Below are positions 13,186-25,613 of a DNA stretch of 64,000 nt, one piece after another (position 1 is the stretch's first letter; every line of letters begins with the position of its first letter). The DNA is taken from contig OZ316897.1 in NCBI GenBank assembly GCA_973895155.1, positions 12,957,375 through 13,021,374 on the forward strand. The letters are read 5' to 3'. Below the pieces are notes generated by a model that had not been told where the DNA came from, searched no databases, and saw nothing but the letters and a program-made list of their open reading frames with translations. Position numbers and translations under genes: made by a program. Source of the stretch: Marsupella aquatica. Its lineage: Eukaryota > Plantae > Marchantiophyta.

Positions 13186-15374
13186 GGGGATTGGGACACA
13201 GGGTACATCTGGGAAATTGATAAATTCAGGCAAACATGAAGACAAACATTGATTTTTGACATTGGCAAGGGACTTTGTAGCTGAGGTGAACAGTTCTGTT
13301 GACAGACATGACATGTCTTATGCACAAAATTCAATGATAAACACCAGTTTGTCTCTAAATGTCAATGGTTTATAGTCTGAAAATCAACTTACACCTGAGC
13401 TTCAGAATATCATAACGAAATATCGAGTGAAGTTTTAAAGGAGTTGAGTTGGCCTTGACATTGATGCTACTGTTGAAGTGGCTCCTGATATTGGTGACCC
13501 AGGTGAAGAGCCAGCTCAACCCTCTTCTCTTGGGGCTGTACAATGTCTTGCAAGGATGAGACACATGGGACAGATTGTAGGAGAGTGAAAAAAATGTTAG
13601 TTTGTAGCTTATGTGAGACAACATCTACTATTCATAGTTGATTAAAGTGAATCAAAGAGATCTTGTTTGCTCAATGTGTTTCAAGAGTACCCCAAACTGC
13701 AAATGTGAGGAGGAGTTATAGATTTCTGAAGTTTACTCAATATTTGAATAGTATATGAAAGGAGTTATAAGGTTCTGAAGTTTTCTCAATGCTTGAATGA
13801 GTAGTAAGTTTTGTAAATTGTAATCAAATATTGTGCACATTTTTAGCGTTTTTATAAGCAAATTTTAACTATTGTCCATTCTTTGTTTTTAACTTTAAGT
13901 ATGTGTGACACTATTTGACTTGTGACCACAATTAGTGTCATATTATATTAGTGTCACACACCCTAATTACCGTCACTTACCTCAAATATAACCTCACAGT
14001 AATTAGAGTCTGTGAGACTACATACTGTAAAGAGTGTAGTTACCCTTGGAAATATTATAATGGATTAACTAGTAAAACATGCAAGCTGGGAAGCAAGGAA
14101 GCAATGGGGAACGATTGGCTAAAATGACACTAAGAGAAAATATATCTTTTTGAATTATAAGTGACCTGGCAATACTTCAGTTGTTAGTGGCCTATAGGTG
14201 TCATGCTAATTACAAGAGATTTAATCCCAAGATTTTTATAGATTACATAAAGACATGTTAGTGACTAGTCAAAAACTGAATCATGTAAATGTTAGTGACT
14301 AGTCAAAAAGTCACTCATGTGACCATGGTAGGTGAGTCCTAAGGAAGTCATATAAATAGCAGAAATAGACTTTAGTTGCAAGACATCTGTATACCTTACA
14401 CCCATTTCATGCAAACTAATTTAGACTACACATTTTTTCATGTACACTTGTGAAATAGTGTTTGAATTATTTGTATACCAACACTATATCTAATCACAAC
14501 ATTTAGTGTTATATCCATCGCTTTTCTAGGTCCACAGGCATAACAAAGTTACAACTTGAGAATTCCTCCAAGCACTATTTTTCCTCCTTCAACTTCTTCC
14601 CTCCTTTTGTATTTCAAACTTGTCTTTCTCAATGAATGTATTGCTCACTATGTTAGGGTACAAGGCCTTGGGGACAGTTTCATTGTTTTTTCACCAGAGC
14701 TAATTAATCTACCAGCCATGTAACATCCTAAGGCTAGATAGTGTACCAGGGCTCAAAAGGAAAGTCTAGAATTATTTCATGGTCGCTCGTTTATTCAGAA
14801 TTTATGCAGGTCTTTAGTGGAGTCTTCTCTATCTAATCACAGTTCACGTGCTTTTGATTCAAAGAAAGGTCCATCCAAAATGTTCCTTTCTTAATGCCCT
14901 TTGCAAGTTTTCCATTTGTATTTTTCAGGACATTCTTGGAGCATAATGCCCACCACAAGATTCGGATCATCTCTTGAGTAAGATTGTCCATTACTTTCAC
15001 TAAATCAAGAAAAAATAAAATCTCTCAAGCCTTTCAATATAATAAGGTTTTATTTGCCAAACCATTAGGGAAACAACCCCTCCAAATGCAAGCTAAAGCT
15101 CTCCTTTTTTGGTCATGTTCCATAATGCCAACTAAACATGACTTTACTACATACTTCTAAAGTCTATTTTTTGCCTTCAATATTGTGTTTGGTTTTTCAT
15201 GGTTTACTCTATTTTAATGATCCATGCTCCATATTTTTCAATATGGATGCTAAGGTCAGTTGTTCTTGAATATTTTCCAGAAGAGTTGGCATTATTTGCT
15301 CAATAATCTTGGAAACTTTTAGTCAATTTTATCAGTGCACATGTAGTCGTATAAAATTCAGGAGTCGTAGTGTT

Positions 15375-17060
15375 TCTTAAGTCAAATTTTGATTCTAAGC
15401 TTGGTTTCCCTGAAACTTTGCCAACATAGTCGTGGCTCTATCTTCCAAAATCTGGCAAAGTTTGAGTGCATTCCATGTAGCAAATGTTGCCCTACAAAAT
15501 TTGAGCAACTCGCAGCTTTTTATAAGTCAAATTTTGTCGATTTCATATCTCTTGATCATTTTGTTTTTTCAGTTTTGATTCTGAGCTCGGTTTTCCCTGA
15601 AACTTTGCCAGCACACTTGTGACTCTTTCTTCTAAAATCTGGCAAAGTTTGAGTGCATTCTGTGCAGCAAATGTTGCCCTACGAAATTCGAGCAACTCGC
15701 AGCTTTTTTTAGGTCAAATTTTATCGAGTTTGTATCTCTTGATCGTTTTGTTTTTTCAGTTTCAATTCTGAGCTCGGTTTTCCCTGAAACTTTGCCAGCA
15801 CGGTCGTGACTCTTTCTTCTAAAATCTGGCAAAGTTTGAGTGCATTCTGTGCAGCAAATGTTGCCCTACGAAATTCGAGCAACTCGCAGCTTTTTTTAGG
15901 TCAAATTTTATCGAGTTTGTATCTCTTGATCGTTTTGTTTTTTCAGTTTCAATTCTGAGCTCGGTTTTCCCTGAAACTTTGCCAGCACGGTCGTGACTCT
16001 TTCTTCTAAAATCTGGCAAAGTTTGAGTGCATTATGTGCAGCAAATGTTGCCCTATGAAATTCGAGCAACTCGCAGCTTTTTTTAGGTCAAATTTTATCG
16101 AGTTTGTATCTCTTGATCATTTTGTTTTTTCAGTTTCGATTCTGAGCTCGGTTTTCCCTGAAACTTTGCCAGCACGGTCGTGACTCTTTCTTCTAAAATC
16201 TGGCAAAGTTTGAGTGCATTCTGTGCAGCAAATGTTGCCCTATGAAATTCGAGCAACTCGCAGCTTGTTTTAGGTCAAATTTTATCGAGTTCGTATCTCT
16301 TGATTGTTTTGTTTTTTCAGTTTCGATTCTGAGCTTGGTTTTCCCTGAAACTTTGCCAGCACGGTCGTGACTCTTTCTTCTAAGATCTAGCAAAGTTTGA
16401 GTGCATTCTGTGCAGCAAATGTTGCCCTACAGAATTCGAGCAACTCGCAGCTTGTTTTAGGTCAAATTTTATCGAGTTCGTATCTCTTGATTGTTTTGTT
16501 TTTTCAGTTTCGATTCTGAGCTTGGTTTTCCCTGAAACTTTGCCAGCACGGTCGTGACTCTTTCTTCTAAGATCTAGCAAAGTTTGAGTGCATTCTGTGC
16601 AGCAAATGTTGCCCTACAAAATTTGAGCAACTCGCAGCTTTTCTTAGGTCAAATTTTATCAAGTTTGTATCTCTTGATCATTTTTTTTCTTTAGTTTTGA
16701 TTCTGAGCTCGGTTTTCCCTGAAACTTTGCCAGCACGGTTGTGACTCTTTCTTCTAAGATCTGGCAAAGTTTGAGTGCATTCTGTGCAGCAAATGTTGCC
16801 CTACAAAATTTGAGCAACTCGCAGCTTTTCTTAGGTCAAATTTTATCAAGTTCGTATCTCTTGATCATTTTTTTTCTTTAGTTTTGATTCTGAGCTCGGT
16901 TTTCCCTGAAACTTTGCCAGCACGGTTGTGACTCTTTCTTCTAAGATCTGGCAAAGTTTGAGTGCATTCTGTGCAGCAAATGTTGCCCTACAAAATTTGA
17001 GCAACTCGCAGCTTTTTTTAGGTGTCATTTTTTGGCAAAGTTTGAGTGCATTTCATCATG
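15375..17060. repeat. 187-bp tandem (satellite-like) array, ~9 units
   Basis: Unit starts at 15632, 15819, 16006, 16193, 16380, 16567 (exact 187-bp period), with near-identical central copies. A 12-bp inverted pair AAACTTTGCCAG / CTGGCAAAGTTT spans each unit junction. Confidence 0.95.
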
Positions 17061-17627
17061 AGAAAGCTGCCCTAGAAAATCGGAGAGAGTTACAGGTTTC
17101 CTTAGGTCCAATACTATCGATTTCAATCTCCCGATCACCATGGCGTTTGACAAGACCACCACCATTGTTGATGTGGATATTCTATTCACAATCTTCAACG
17201 GAGGAAGATTTGTAAGTGAAATAAGGCTTTCTGAATTTATCTCTTTGGATTAGGTTCTGTTATTTCAGTTTGTTTGTCCATGAGCTCATTATGCCCTGTC
17301 TGTTACAAGTCACTTTTACAGATGCAGCGTTGACTCTAAAATCAAGTCTCCCATTGCTAAGTTCGCGCACTGGATGACACCCTACCTGATACACCGTATC
17401 TTCAATTTTTAGGTATGTTACATACTACCATAGGAGAAATTTTGCGATTCATATTTTGTATGGTGGGCTAATGTTAGCTTTGTTGCTGTTTGCCGTCCAA
17501 CATAATTTTTGAACTAGGATGACAAGAATCCATTCTAAATTTAAGATTTTTCCTAGGTGATAGTCTTTCTATTGCACATAGTTTGACAAATCATTGAGAA
17601 TTTAAATCATTTTACAGGTTACTCAAT

Positions 17628-19322
17628 ATGGAAGGACTGAAAGACAAAATAAAAAAAAGAAGAAGTGAGACTCCAATTCTAAAGGTAATATATTTTCTCA
17701 CTACTAATATACTTTGAGATCAGAAAATGTTTGGAATATATTTGAAACCAGTACACATTTTGTGAGGCCAATTCATTGTCAGGTGAATATATTGATAGTT
17801 GACCTACTGGGGGGGCGTGACTTCCCGTATTGTGGAAGAAACCTCATTATCCGGTGGCCGATACAGTCTATATTCTATGGCTTTGTTTTGTGTCCGAAAT
17901 GTTTAGCATATTTGATACTCATCATAGGTTTATATTTGTTATTTTTACTGCAAATTTAAGATGAAACTCTTTTTTCTTTTATAGGGCAAAAAAACAGTGA
18001 AGGTATCTTCCGAGAGGTTCTCTGCAGCATCTCTTTATTTCTGTGAAATCATCAAGCTTGCTCAAAAAGCTGGTGGGAAAGTAGGACATTTTCATACAAA
18101 AATTCTATGTAAGTGGTTGTTGGGCGAATACTATCTTTTCGAATATGGAGTACAGATATTATCTGAGGGAAACCTAAAAGGAAATCAGTCAACCTTTTTT
18201 GATGGTTTTCACAGTTTAAGAAGAGATGGAAGTTGGATTGCTTGGTTTGATGAAAAAGAATGGAGTAGCATCAATCATATGATAATGAATCGTTACAATC
18301 TATCATCTGTTGGGAGAGGCTTATCAGATCGGATACAGAAGTTCCGAACTGATCCAGACATGTATCTAAGAAGTAAGAAAGATCATTACCAGAAATTTGG
18401 AAAATCCCGTATAAAGTTTACAAATTTCACCAAGAAATCTTCCGATTTTGTTGGTAGATTTTCCTCCAACTATTTGATTGAGGAAGATTTGGAAACACCT
18501 TGGGCAAATCGAATTATAGTCTGGAGACCGATGATCGAGCCTTTCTACAAGATGAATATTTCATCAAGAGTGGAGATTTGGATGGATGGTGATGAAATTG
18601 GAGGTCGGATGAAAGGAGGTGTTCCAGAGAAAGATAGATCTTTTGTTCAGTTGTTTGTGGAAGAAATATGGAATGATAAATATATAGTGAAGAGGTCAGA
18701 TACACGATCTGCATTGAAAAATGTCATGAGGGCAATTGGCCCATTAGTGAACTGGCGAGAAGGGAAAGGTAATCATTTTGTGAGCTTCTACCGTAACAAG
18801 TTGAAGATATCACAAACACAGGATCCTACTGTGGTTCAGTTAGAATTGCTCTATGAGCAATGTGCACATCGATTACTGTTTGAAATTATTTTTGTTCTTT
18901 TCTGTGAACACTTATGGCCAGTGGTGGAGAGTTTTATTGAGATTATGCCTCCAATGATGGAACTTAGCAGTGAGCTTTTGGCTTGTTTTTCAAAGCCTGA
19001 ACTCATGAAAAAAGCCATTCATGCATATCCTTTATTCATCACAAAGGACTATTGCAATGAAGTTCATACAGATGTAGATGAAAGCGAGTTTACAATGTTC
19101 ATGGCATGTAATCCATCGAATGAAAGTAGAGGTGGAGATTTAGTGATGCTAAAATATGGAATTAAAATTCCAATTTTAGATGGAGATTTGTTTTTTGTTC
19201 GGGGTCAAGATCCTCATGCTACATCGTATAGAAGTCCACCAATGAAACCAGTATATGTAGTTGGAATTGCCGTAAACCAAAAACTTGGCAATGCTTATGA
19301 GTTTCGCGGTGAAAGTAATTAA
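17628..19322 (+). CDS. TET/JBP-like Fe(II)-dependent dioxygenase (double-stranded beta-helix), ~464 aa, transposon cargo
   Basis: Exon 17628-17684 (MEGLKDKIKKRRSETPILK, basic NLS-like) splices in phase 0 to 17985-19322. The C-terminal ITKDYCNEVHTDVDE...GGDLVMLKYGIKIPILDGDLFFVRGQDPHATS...VVGIAVNQK carries the HxD...H iron triad. HATS resembles the HATT of animal TETs. Confidence 0.7.
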
Positions 19323-19751
19323 ATAAATTTTGTGATACACTGAGATTAGCTATGCGGGTTTTCTTTTGGTCTATTTTTTGTTTATTATTATGGTGGATTT
19401 GGTTATAATAGTGTACTATATATCCTGATGCTAAAGTTTTTAGTTTATCTTCTTGTTATAGAATTTTTGTTCATTGGTGCTTGTGGCTGTAATATGACTT
19501 GTGAGTTTTTAATAGGTTCAAGAAAGCCAATGAAAATTTTAAAAATGTCATCTGCTTCCAAATTGGGAATCATCAACAATTTTTTATGAACAGACAACGT
19601 TGGGGCCAAGCTTACAAGAGCAATAGTCAATTGCTGTAGAAAACAAAAATTGAATGACTACTGTTATTTGTATATGGTTGCAGGTGTTAAAATTGTTAGT
19701 TGATGAAACTGTGGAGTATAATCTATACTCAACCCACGCTGGACAATCAAT

Positions 19752-21423
19752 ATGAATGATCCAGATTTTCAACAGTATACAGATGTAAAAAGAGCTCTCG
19801 ACCTAGGGTACACTATGAATGAATGTGCAGATGCATTTGGTGTACATAGAGTGACTCTATGGAAATGCCTCAAAAACTTTGATATTGAGCATAGAATATA
19901 TCCCCGATATACTTTAGAAGATGTTTGCTCTCTTATTACCGAGATTGTACCAATCCATGGATATGCTGAAGATTGGGGAATACGTTTCGTTAGAGCACGT
20001 TTAAAAAGGGCTGGTTATAAAATCTCACTAGCACTTGTCAGAAATGCTTTGGACACATTACTTCCTGGTGTACTTGAAGGAAGGGCACGAAGATGCATCA
20101 TAAGGAGATTTTATGATGTAATTGAGCCAATGCATCTGTGGCATATGGATTGTAAGTAGAACATCTATGTCTCTTCTAAATTTTTCCTGCTTTTATATTG
20201 AAGTTAACTTTAGAATAGATCCTCAATACTAATAGATTGTTTGGAAATTGAATGCAGCGTATGATAAATTGACGCAATGGGGATTCAGAATTCATGGTGC
20301 AATTGATGGGGCTACACACTTTGTTCCATGGATGCATGTGGCATTGAACAAGAAAGCGCATACTCTATATGTGGGATATAAGACAACCATACTTAGATTT
20401 GGTCATCCATTGATGATTCGTTCTGATTATGCAACAGAGCATGTTTTGGTAAGAAGAAACCTTGAAAGAGCAAGACCAAGTACAAATTGTTTTTGCATGG
20501 GGTCTTCTGTTCATAATCAGGTAATGTTTCTGATTAACAAGAACATATAGAGTGGTTCATTTCATATTTCATGTCATCGATTGCAGCTTGGAAATTCTGT
20601 AAATTTGAAATCAATTTTGTGCAGGTACTTATATTTGTATCCTATCATGTATGTTTTGGCAGAGAATTGAGGCATTTTGGAACTACATGAAACAAAAAGG
20701 AACTAATCACTTCAAGAAGACTTTATATGACTTATCATGTGTGGAAGGATTTTTACAAATTGATATCCCACTTCATAGATATTGTATGGTTACTGTGATT
20801 CTTCCTTTACTACAAGAGGCTGTAAATGATGTGGTTTTAACATGGAATGCACATACTGTGAGAGCTGTGCGGATTGGAGGTATGTTGAGACCATCACATA
20901 TTCCAGAACTTGCATTTCAATCACGAGAAAGAGAAGCTAGAATTATTCAGCCTCCACCTTATGCCGAAGAAGCTCAGGTGGATATCGAACAAGAAGATGA
21001 CATCATCGATCCAATGGGAATTGATTATTGGAATCACAACAATGATCGTAGAAACTTTGAAGATCGCATAAACGATTTGAATGATGAAGTAAGCATTGTT
21101 TTGTATTATTATTAATGTTCATGTGAATTATGAAATGATGATGTAAGAAATACTTTTGTTTATATGCCCTTATTCATGTTTTATTTCTTTTGCAGAATCT
21201 ACAATACATTCGTGATATTGCATATGAAAGGAACCAAGTGACAGTCACAACTGCAAAAGACAAATTGCGAATGCATCTTCTTCTTTCTATAGAGTGTCAA
21301 AATAGTATGGATGCTTCATTGGACTTGGAGGACTATGTACAAAATGAATTAGGGCTACCTAATTTGTCAGATGGTAGATTATGGGCCTTAAGATCCTTGC
21401 AACAAACATTACAGATTATATGA
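19752..21423 (+). CDS. Integrase-fold DDE transposase (IS3EU-type), 438 aa, 4 exons
   Basis: Exons 19752-20151, 20258-20520, 20663-21088 and 21196-21423 join in frame (1317 nt, all GT-AG). N-terminal HTH (GYTMNECADAFGVHRVTLWKCL). Catalytic motifs WHMDSYDKL..WGFRIHGAIDG, PLMIRSD and GSSVHNQRIEAFW; later WNAH. Confidence 0.9.
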
Positions 21424-21574
21424 CTGACACAATATGTGAGGTAATGTAATAGTTTACTAGTGACACAAACACTTCTTCTTGAGGCTTTAGCAATATTCGA
21501 AGAAATTATTTTCTAGTCTATTGGCTTGAGAGATACTTGTTCATGTTTTGAGCCCATAATTTTGCTCTCATCCT

Positions 21575-24520
21575 AGTATTTAACCTAGCTTTGGACCCTT
21601 GTCTGAAAATGCCAATAATTAAATCCTTGATTTTTTTTCATAAATTTGCATCCAAGACTAAGCATGCCTGGTATTTTGATTCCAAATCCACTCTCACAAT
21701 GTTGGTTTGAAATTTCCTTGGCCAGTTGTGGTGGGGCAAGTTGATTCAAGTCCTTTGTATTTTGTTATAATGGTCCTCCTATTTACCCTAACTTTGGACC
21801 CTAACTAGCTTGTCTCAAAAAAATGCCAAGAACAAATCCTCAATATTTTGTTGTGTATTTATAGCATAGACTGAGCCCAATATTGTGATTCAAAATCCAC
21901 TTACACTTTGAAGGTTGAATCTTTCCTAATGGTGGTGGTGGAGCAAGTTCGTGATCTACCTTTGTATTTTTTGTCATGGTAGTCCCATTTACCCTACCTT
22001 TGGACCCTTGACTTGGACAATGTCAAGAAATAAATCTTCATTAATGTAATGTGTATTTACACCCTAGACTAAGCCCAGGACCAAGCTTGACCTGGTGATT
22101 CCAACTTTGCTCTCACTTTGTGGGTTCCATCTTTCTTTGCTCACTTGTTTGGTGGAGCTAGTTTCTTTATCGTCCTAAGTTGTATTTTTGTTATTTACTA
22201 TAAGTGACCCTAGCTTTAGACCCAACCTAGCTTGTCTGAAGAAACCAGATCCTCATAACTTGTTTATGTTGTACACCCTCCATTACAATGATTGTTGTCA
22301 TTGGACAAGCTCTCACTTTGTTGGTTTCACCTTTTTTAAGTCACTTCTGTAGTGGAGCAAGAGTATTCAAGTCATTTCTATATTTTTCTCTAGGAGAGCT
22401 TATTGTCCTTTAGGTCCTTGTCTCAAAATGCCAAGCGTCAAATCCTCATAATTTTGTCACAAGTTCACACCCTGGACTAAGCATGGTATTTTCATTCATA
22501 ATCTGCCTGTCACATTGCTGGTTTGACATTTTCTTGGTCAGTTGTGTGGTGGATCAAGTTTGTTCTCATCCTTTGTATTTTGGATATGATCTTCTCATTT
22601 ACCCTACCTTTAGACCTTGATTGAGCAAAATCCCAAGATACAAATCCCCATAATTTTGTTGAGTATTTACACCCTTAGTAGACTGAGCCTGGCTTGGCTC
22701 ATTCCAAATCCACTCTCACTTTGCTGGTTCAGCATTTTCTTGGCCAGTTATGTGGTGCACCAAGTAGGTCCAAGTCCTTTGTATACTTGTCATGGTCTTC
22801 CCATTTAACCCTAACTTTGACCGTTATTTTAAGAAAATGCCAAGACACAAATCCTCAAAATTTATTTGTGCTTTTCACCATATGCTCAGACTAATTATAT
22901 TGTGATCAGATATCTGCTCACTTTGTTGGTTTCATTTTTCCTTAGCCATTTGTGTGAGGGAGCATGTTTGTTCAACTCCTTTGTAATTTGGTTATGATGC
23001 TCTCATTTACCCTAGCTTTGGAACCTTGTTTCAAGTAAATGTCAAATACAAATCCACCTAATTTCTCCATTTATTTACACCCTTGATTGAGCCTGGTCCT
23101 GTGATTTCAAATCCACTCTCATTTTGCTGGTTGCAGATTTTCTTGCTAAGTCATGGAATGGAGTGAGTTTGTTCAAGTCCTTGTTAATTGTGTTATAGTT
23201 CTCCTATAATTTACCCTATTTGACTTTGGACTCTTGTCAGATTAGGGAAATGCCAAAACACAAATGTTCATTATTTGTTTTTGTATTTAAACCTTAGGCT
23301 GAGCCTCATATTGTGAATCAAAATTGTTGATTTTCATTTTTGTTCTTTAGTCAATTGTGTGGGGGAACAAGTTTGTTCTTATCCTTTGTATTATTTTTCA
23401 TTTTGATCTTCACATTTACCCTAGCTTTGGAGCCTTGTTAGAAATGTCAAGATACAAATTCACATAATTTCTCCATTTATTTACACCTTTGATTGAATCT
23501 GGTTTGGTGATCTCAAACCCACTTTTATTTTGCTGGTTGCACATTTTCTTGGGCAGTTGTGGGATGGAGCTCGCTTATTTAAGTCCTTGGTATTTGTGTT
23601 ATGGTTCTCCCATTTACCCTACTTGACTTTGGGCCTTTGTCATAGAAAAATGCCAAGAAACAAATGCTCATGGTTTTTTTTTTGCATTTACACCTCATGC
23701 TGAGCCTCATAATGTGAATCAAAATCAGTTCTCCCTTCGTTGATTTCATTTTTCCTTAGTTAGCTATGTGAGGGAGCAAGTTTGTTCACGTTCTTTGTAT
23801 TTTGGTAATGATCCTTCCGTTTACCCCACTTAACTTTGGAGCCTTGTCTAAGAAAAATGCCAAGAAACAAATTCACATGATTTATTTGTGTATTTACCCC
23901 TCAGGCTAAGCCTGATATTGTGATTTGAAATGTGCTCTCACTTTATTGGTTTCATTTTTCATAAGTCAGTTGTGTAGGGGAGAAAGTCATTTGTATTTTG
24001 GTTAATATGAGCTTCCCATTTACCTTAGCTTTGGATCTTTCTTTCAAAAAAATGTCAAGAAGCAAATTAACATAACTTTCTACACCCTAGATTTAGTGGG
24101 CCTTGGTGATTCCAAATTTGCTCCCACTTTGCTGTCAGTTTGACATTTCTTTGGCCAATTGTGTGGTGGTGCAGGTCAATTCAAGTCCTTTGCATTTTTG
24201 TTGTGCTCTTCCCATTTACCCTAGCTGTAGACCATTGTCTTAATAAAATGCTGAGAAACAAATCGTCATATTTTCTTTGTGTATTTACACCATAGAGCGA
24301 TACCCAAATGTGTTCAAGTTGTTTGTATTTCTAAACAGTGTTGGTATTTACTCTAGTCTGGACCCCTTTGAAAGAAATTGCCAAATAATAAATGCTGATA
24401 GTTTCTTTGTGTATTTTTTAAGAGACACAGCATGACCGACCTTGTGATCTCAAATTGGTCCTGACTTTGGTGGTTCTACCTTTCCTTGAACTGTTGTTGT
24501 TGTGGAGCAAGTATGTTGAA
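21575..24520. repeat. Old degenerate ~200-bp tandem array, ~14-15 units
   Basis: The anchor CATTTACCCTA(G/A)CTTTGGA..TTGT..AAAATGCCAAG recurs near 21580, 21782, 21988, 22205, 22598, 22804, 23006, 23211, 23416, 23613, 23820, 24019 and 24215. Confidence 0.85.
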
Positions 24521-25447
24521 GCCTTAGTTACGCCTTTTTTTCTATGGTGATGGTTAGTCATAAAATGTGGTTAAGGTTAATGTTTACAAAACTAGCTTAT
24601 TTATCAATTAGTTATGAATTAAAGTGTCAATGGACCAGGGTAGTATGAACAAAGTATCACGAGGGTTTGATGTGAAAGGGGTTCCAAGAAACACAGATAG
24701 ATAGCGATAGACCACATTATCCTTACCAGAATAAAAGTTATTTTTTTTAATAAAATGAGTTAAGTTCATATAGTCATCTGGGCAGTTTGTTAAGCATTTA
24801 AGTGCATGAGTTTTAATTAGTTCCTATTTATTCCCTATTTAGAAATTGGATAATTAGTTTTTCAATGTGTACAGTAGTTTGTTCAACGAATCACTCCCCC
24901 CCCCCCCAAAAAAAAAAACTCCCGCTTGAAAACTATTGCATGTTTCTCTCTTGAGAATGAAAACCATTTTTTAGTTCTCTAAAATAAAATAAAACCTTGG
25001 TGGTGGTGTATATTTTGTGTGTTATTTTTTCTGGATGTGCATTGTTTTTTGGGGTGACTTTTTCGGGAGAAGGTATTTTTTCCGTGGAATTTGTTCTCCC
25101 TTCAAAATGTTCCATTTTTGTTATTCCCCTAACTATCATTTGGAGTAAAACTTTTTACTTTCTCCAATATCTCAAAATTAATTTTCTCTGTAGAATTTTT
25201 TGAATTTTTTGCTCTTTATTGAATGCTTCAAATATTTCTCACCTTATAATATTTCCAATTTTTTCCGATGTTGTGTTTGAGAAGAAAAATTTTAATTACA
25301 CTATTTAGTGACCCATTTGATTATTTTTACGCATTACTAGTTATGTAATTCTGTTTTTCTCCCTTTATCTTTCAGTTTCGAATACTCTCTTTTCAGACTC
25401 TTTTCCGCAGATATTTTCTCTCGGTTCAACTTTTTAGCCGATTCTCT

Positions 25448-25471
25448 CCCCGCAACATTTCAAACACCGTA
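25448..25471 (-). repeat. Right terminal inverted repeat (24 bp), followed by putative TSD GTCGAC 25472-25477
   Basis: 23/24 identity to 1149-1172 in inverted orientation. Confidence 0.9.
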
Positions 25472-25613
25472 GTCGACACCTTTTCGTGCGGAGAGGCTGC
25501 ATGGGGCCATTGGGGCGGTTATCATCCGACTATAAAATAGCTTATTGCAGGTCGGGGACGGCACAGGCAATTTTTACAGGCGAGGAAAGCTTCCCTTGCC
25601 CGCTCCGACCGAA

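Larger units (their letters stand above)
1149..25471. mobile_element. Giant (24,323 bp) IS3EU-like TIR DNA transposon with cargo genes
   Basis: Left end 1149 TACGGTGTTCGAAATGTTGCGGGG is the reverse complement (1 mismatch) of right end 25448-25471 CCCCGCAACATTTCAAACACCGTA. GTCGAC flanks both ends (1143-1148, 25472-25477). There is weaker subterminal inverted similarity (1181-1212 vs ~25378-25410). It encloses an integrase-fold DDE transposase gene. TAY..RTA termini with a 6-bp TSD are the described IS3EU pattern. Confidence 0.85.

Noticed and set aside
14690-14970. Possible relic of a second integrase (GRSFIQN, HNAHHKIR fragments)
   Set aside because: Only two short motif-like fragments amid stops; not distinguishable from chance by eye.
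15632-17028. Repeated 60-66-aa ORFs (MPDFRRKSHDRAGK...)
   Set aside because: They are by-products of the 187-bp tandem unit: non-ATG starts, a period not divisible by 3 and no recognisable domain.
15375-17060. CRISPR-like array
   Set aside because: The whole unit is repeated with no unique spacers, there are no cas genes, and the context is eukaryotic.
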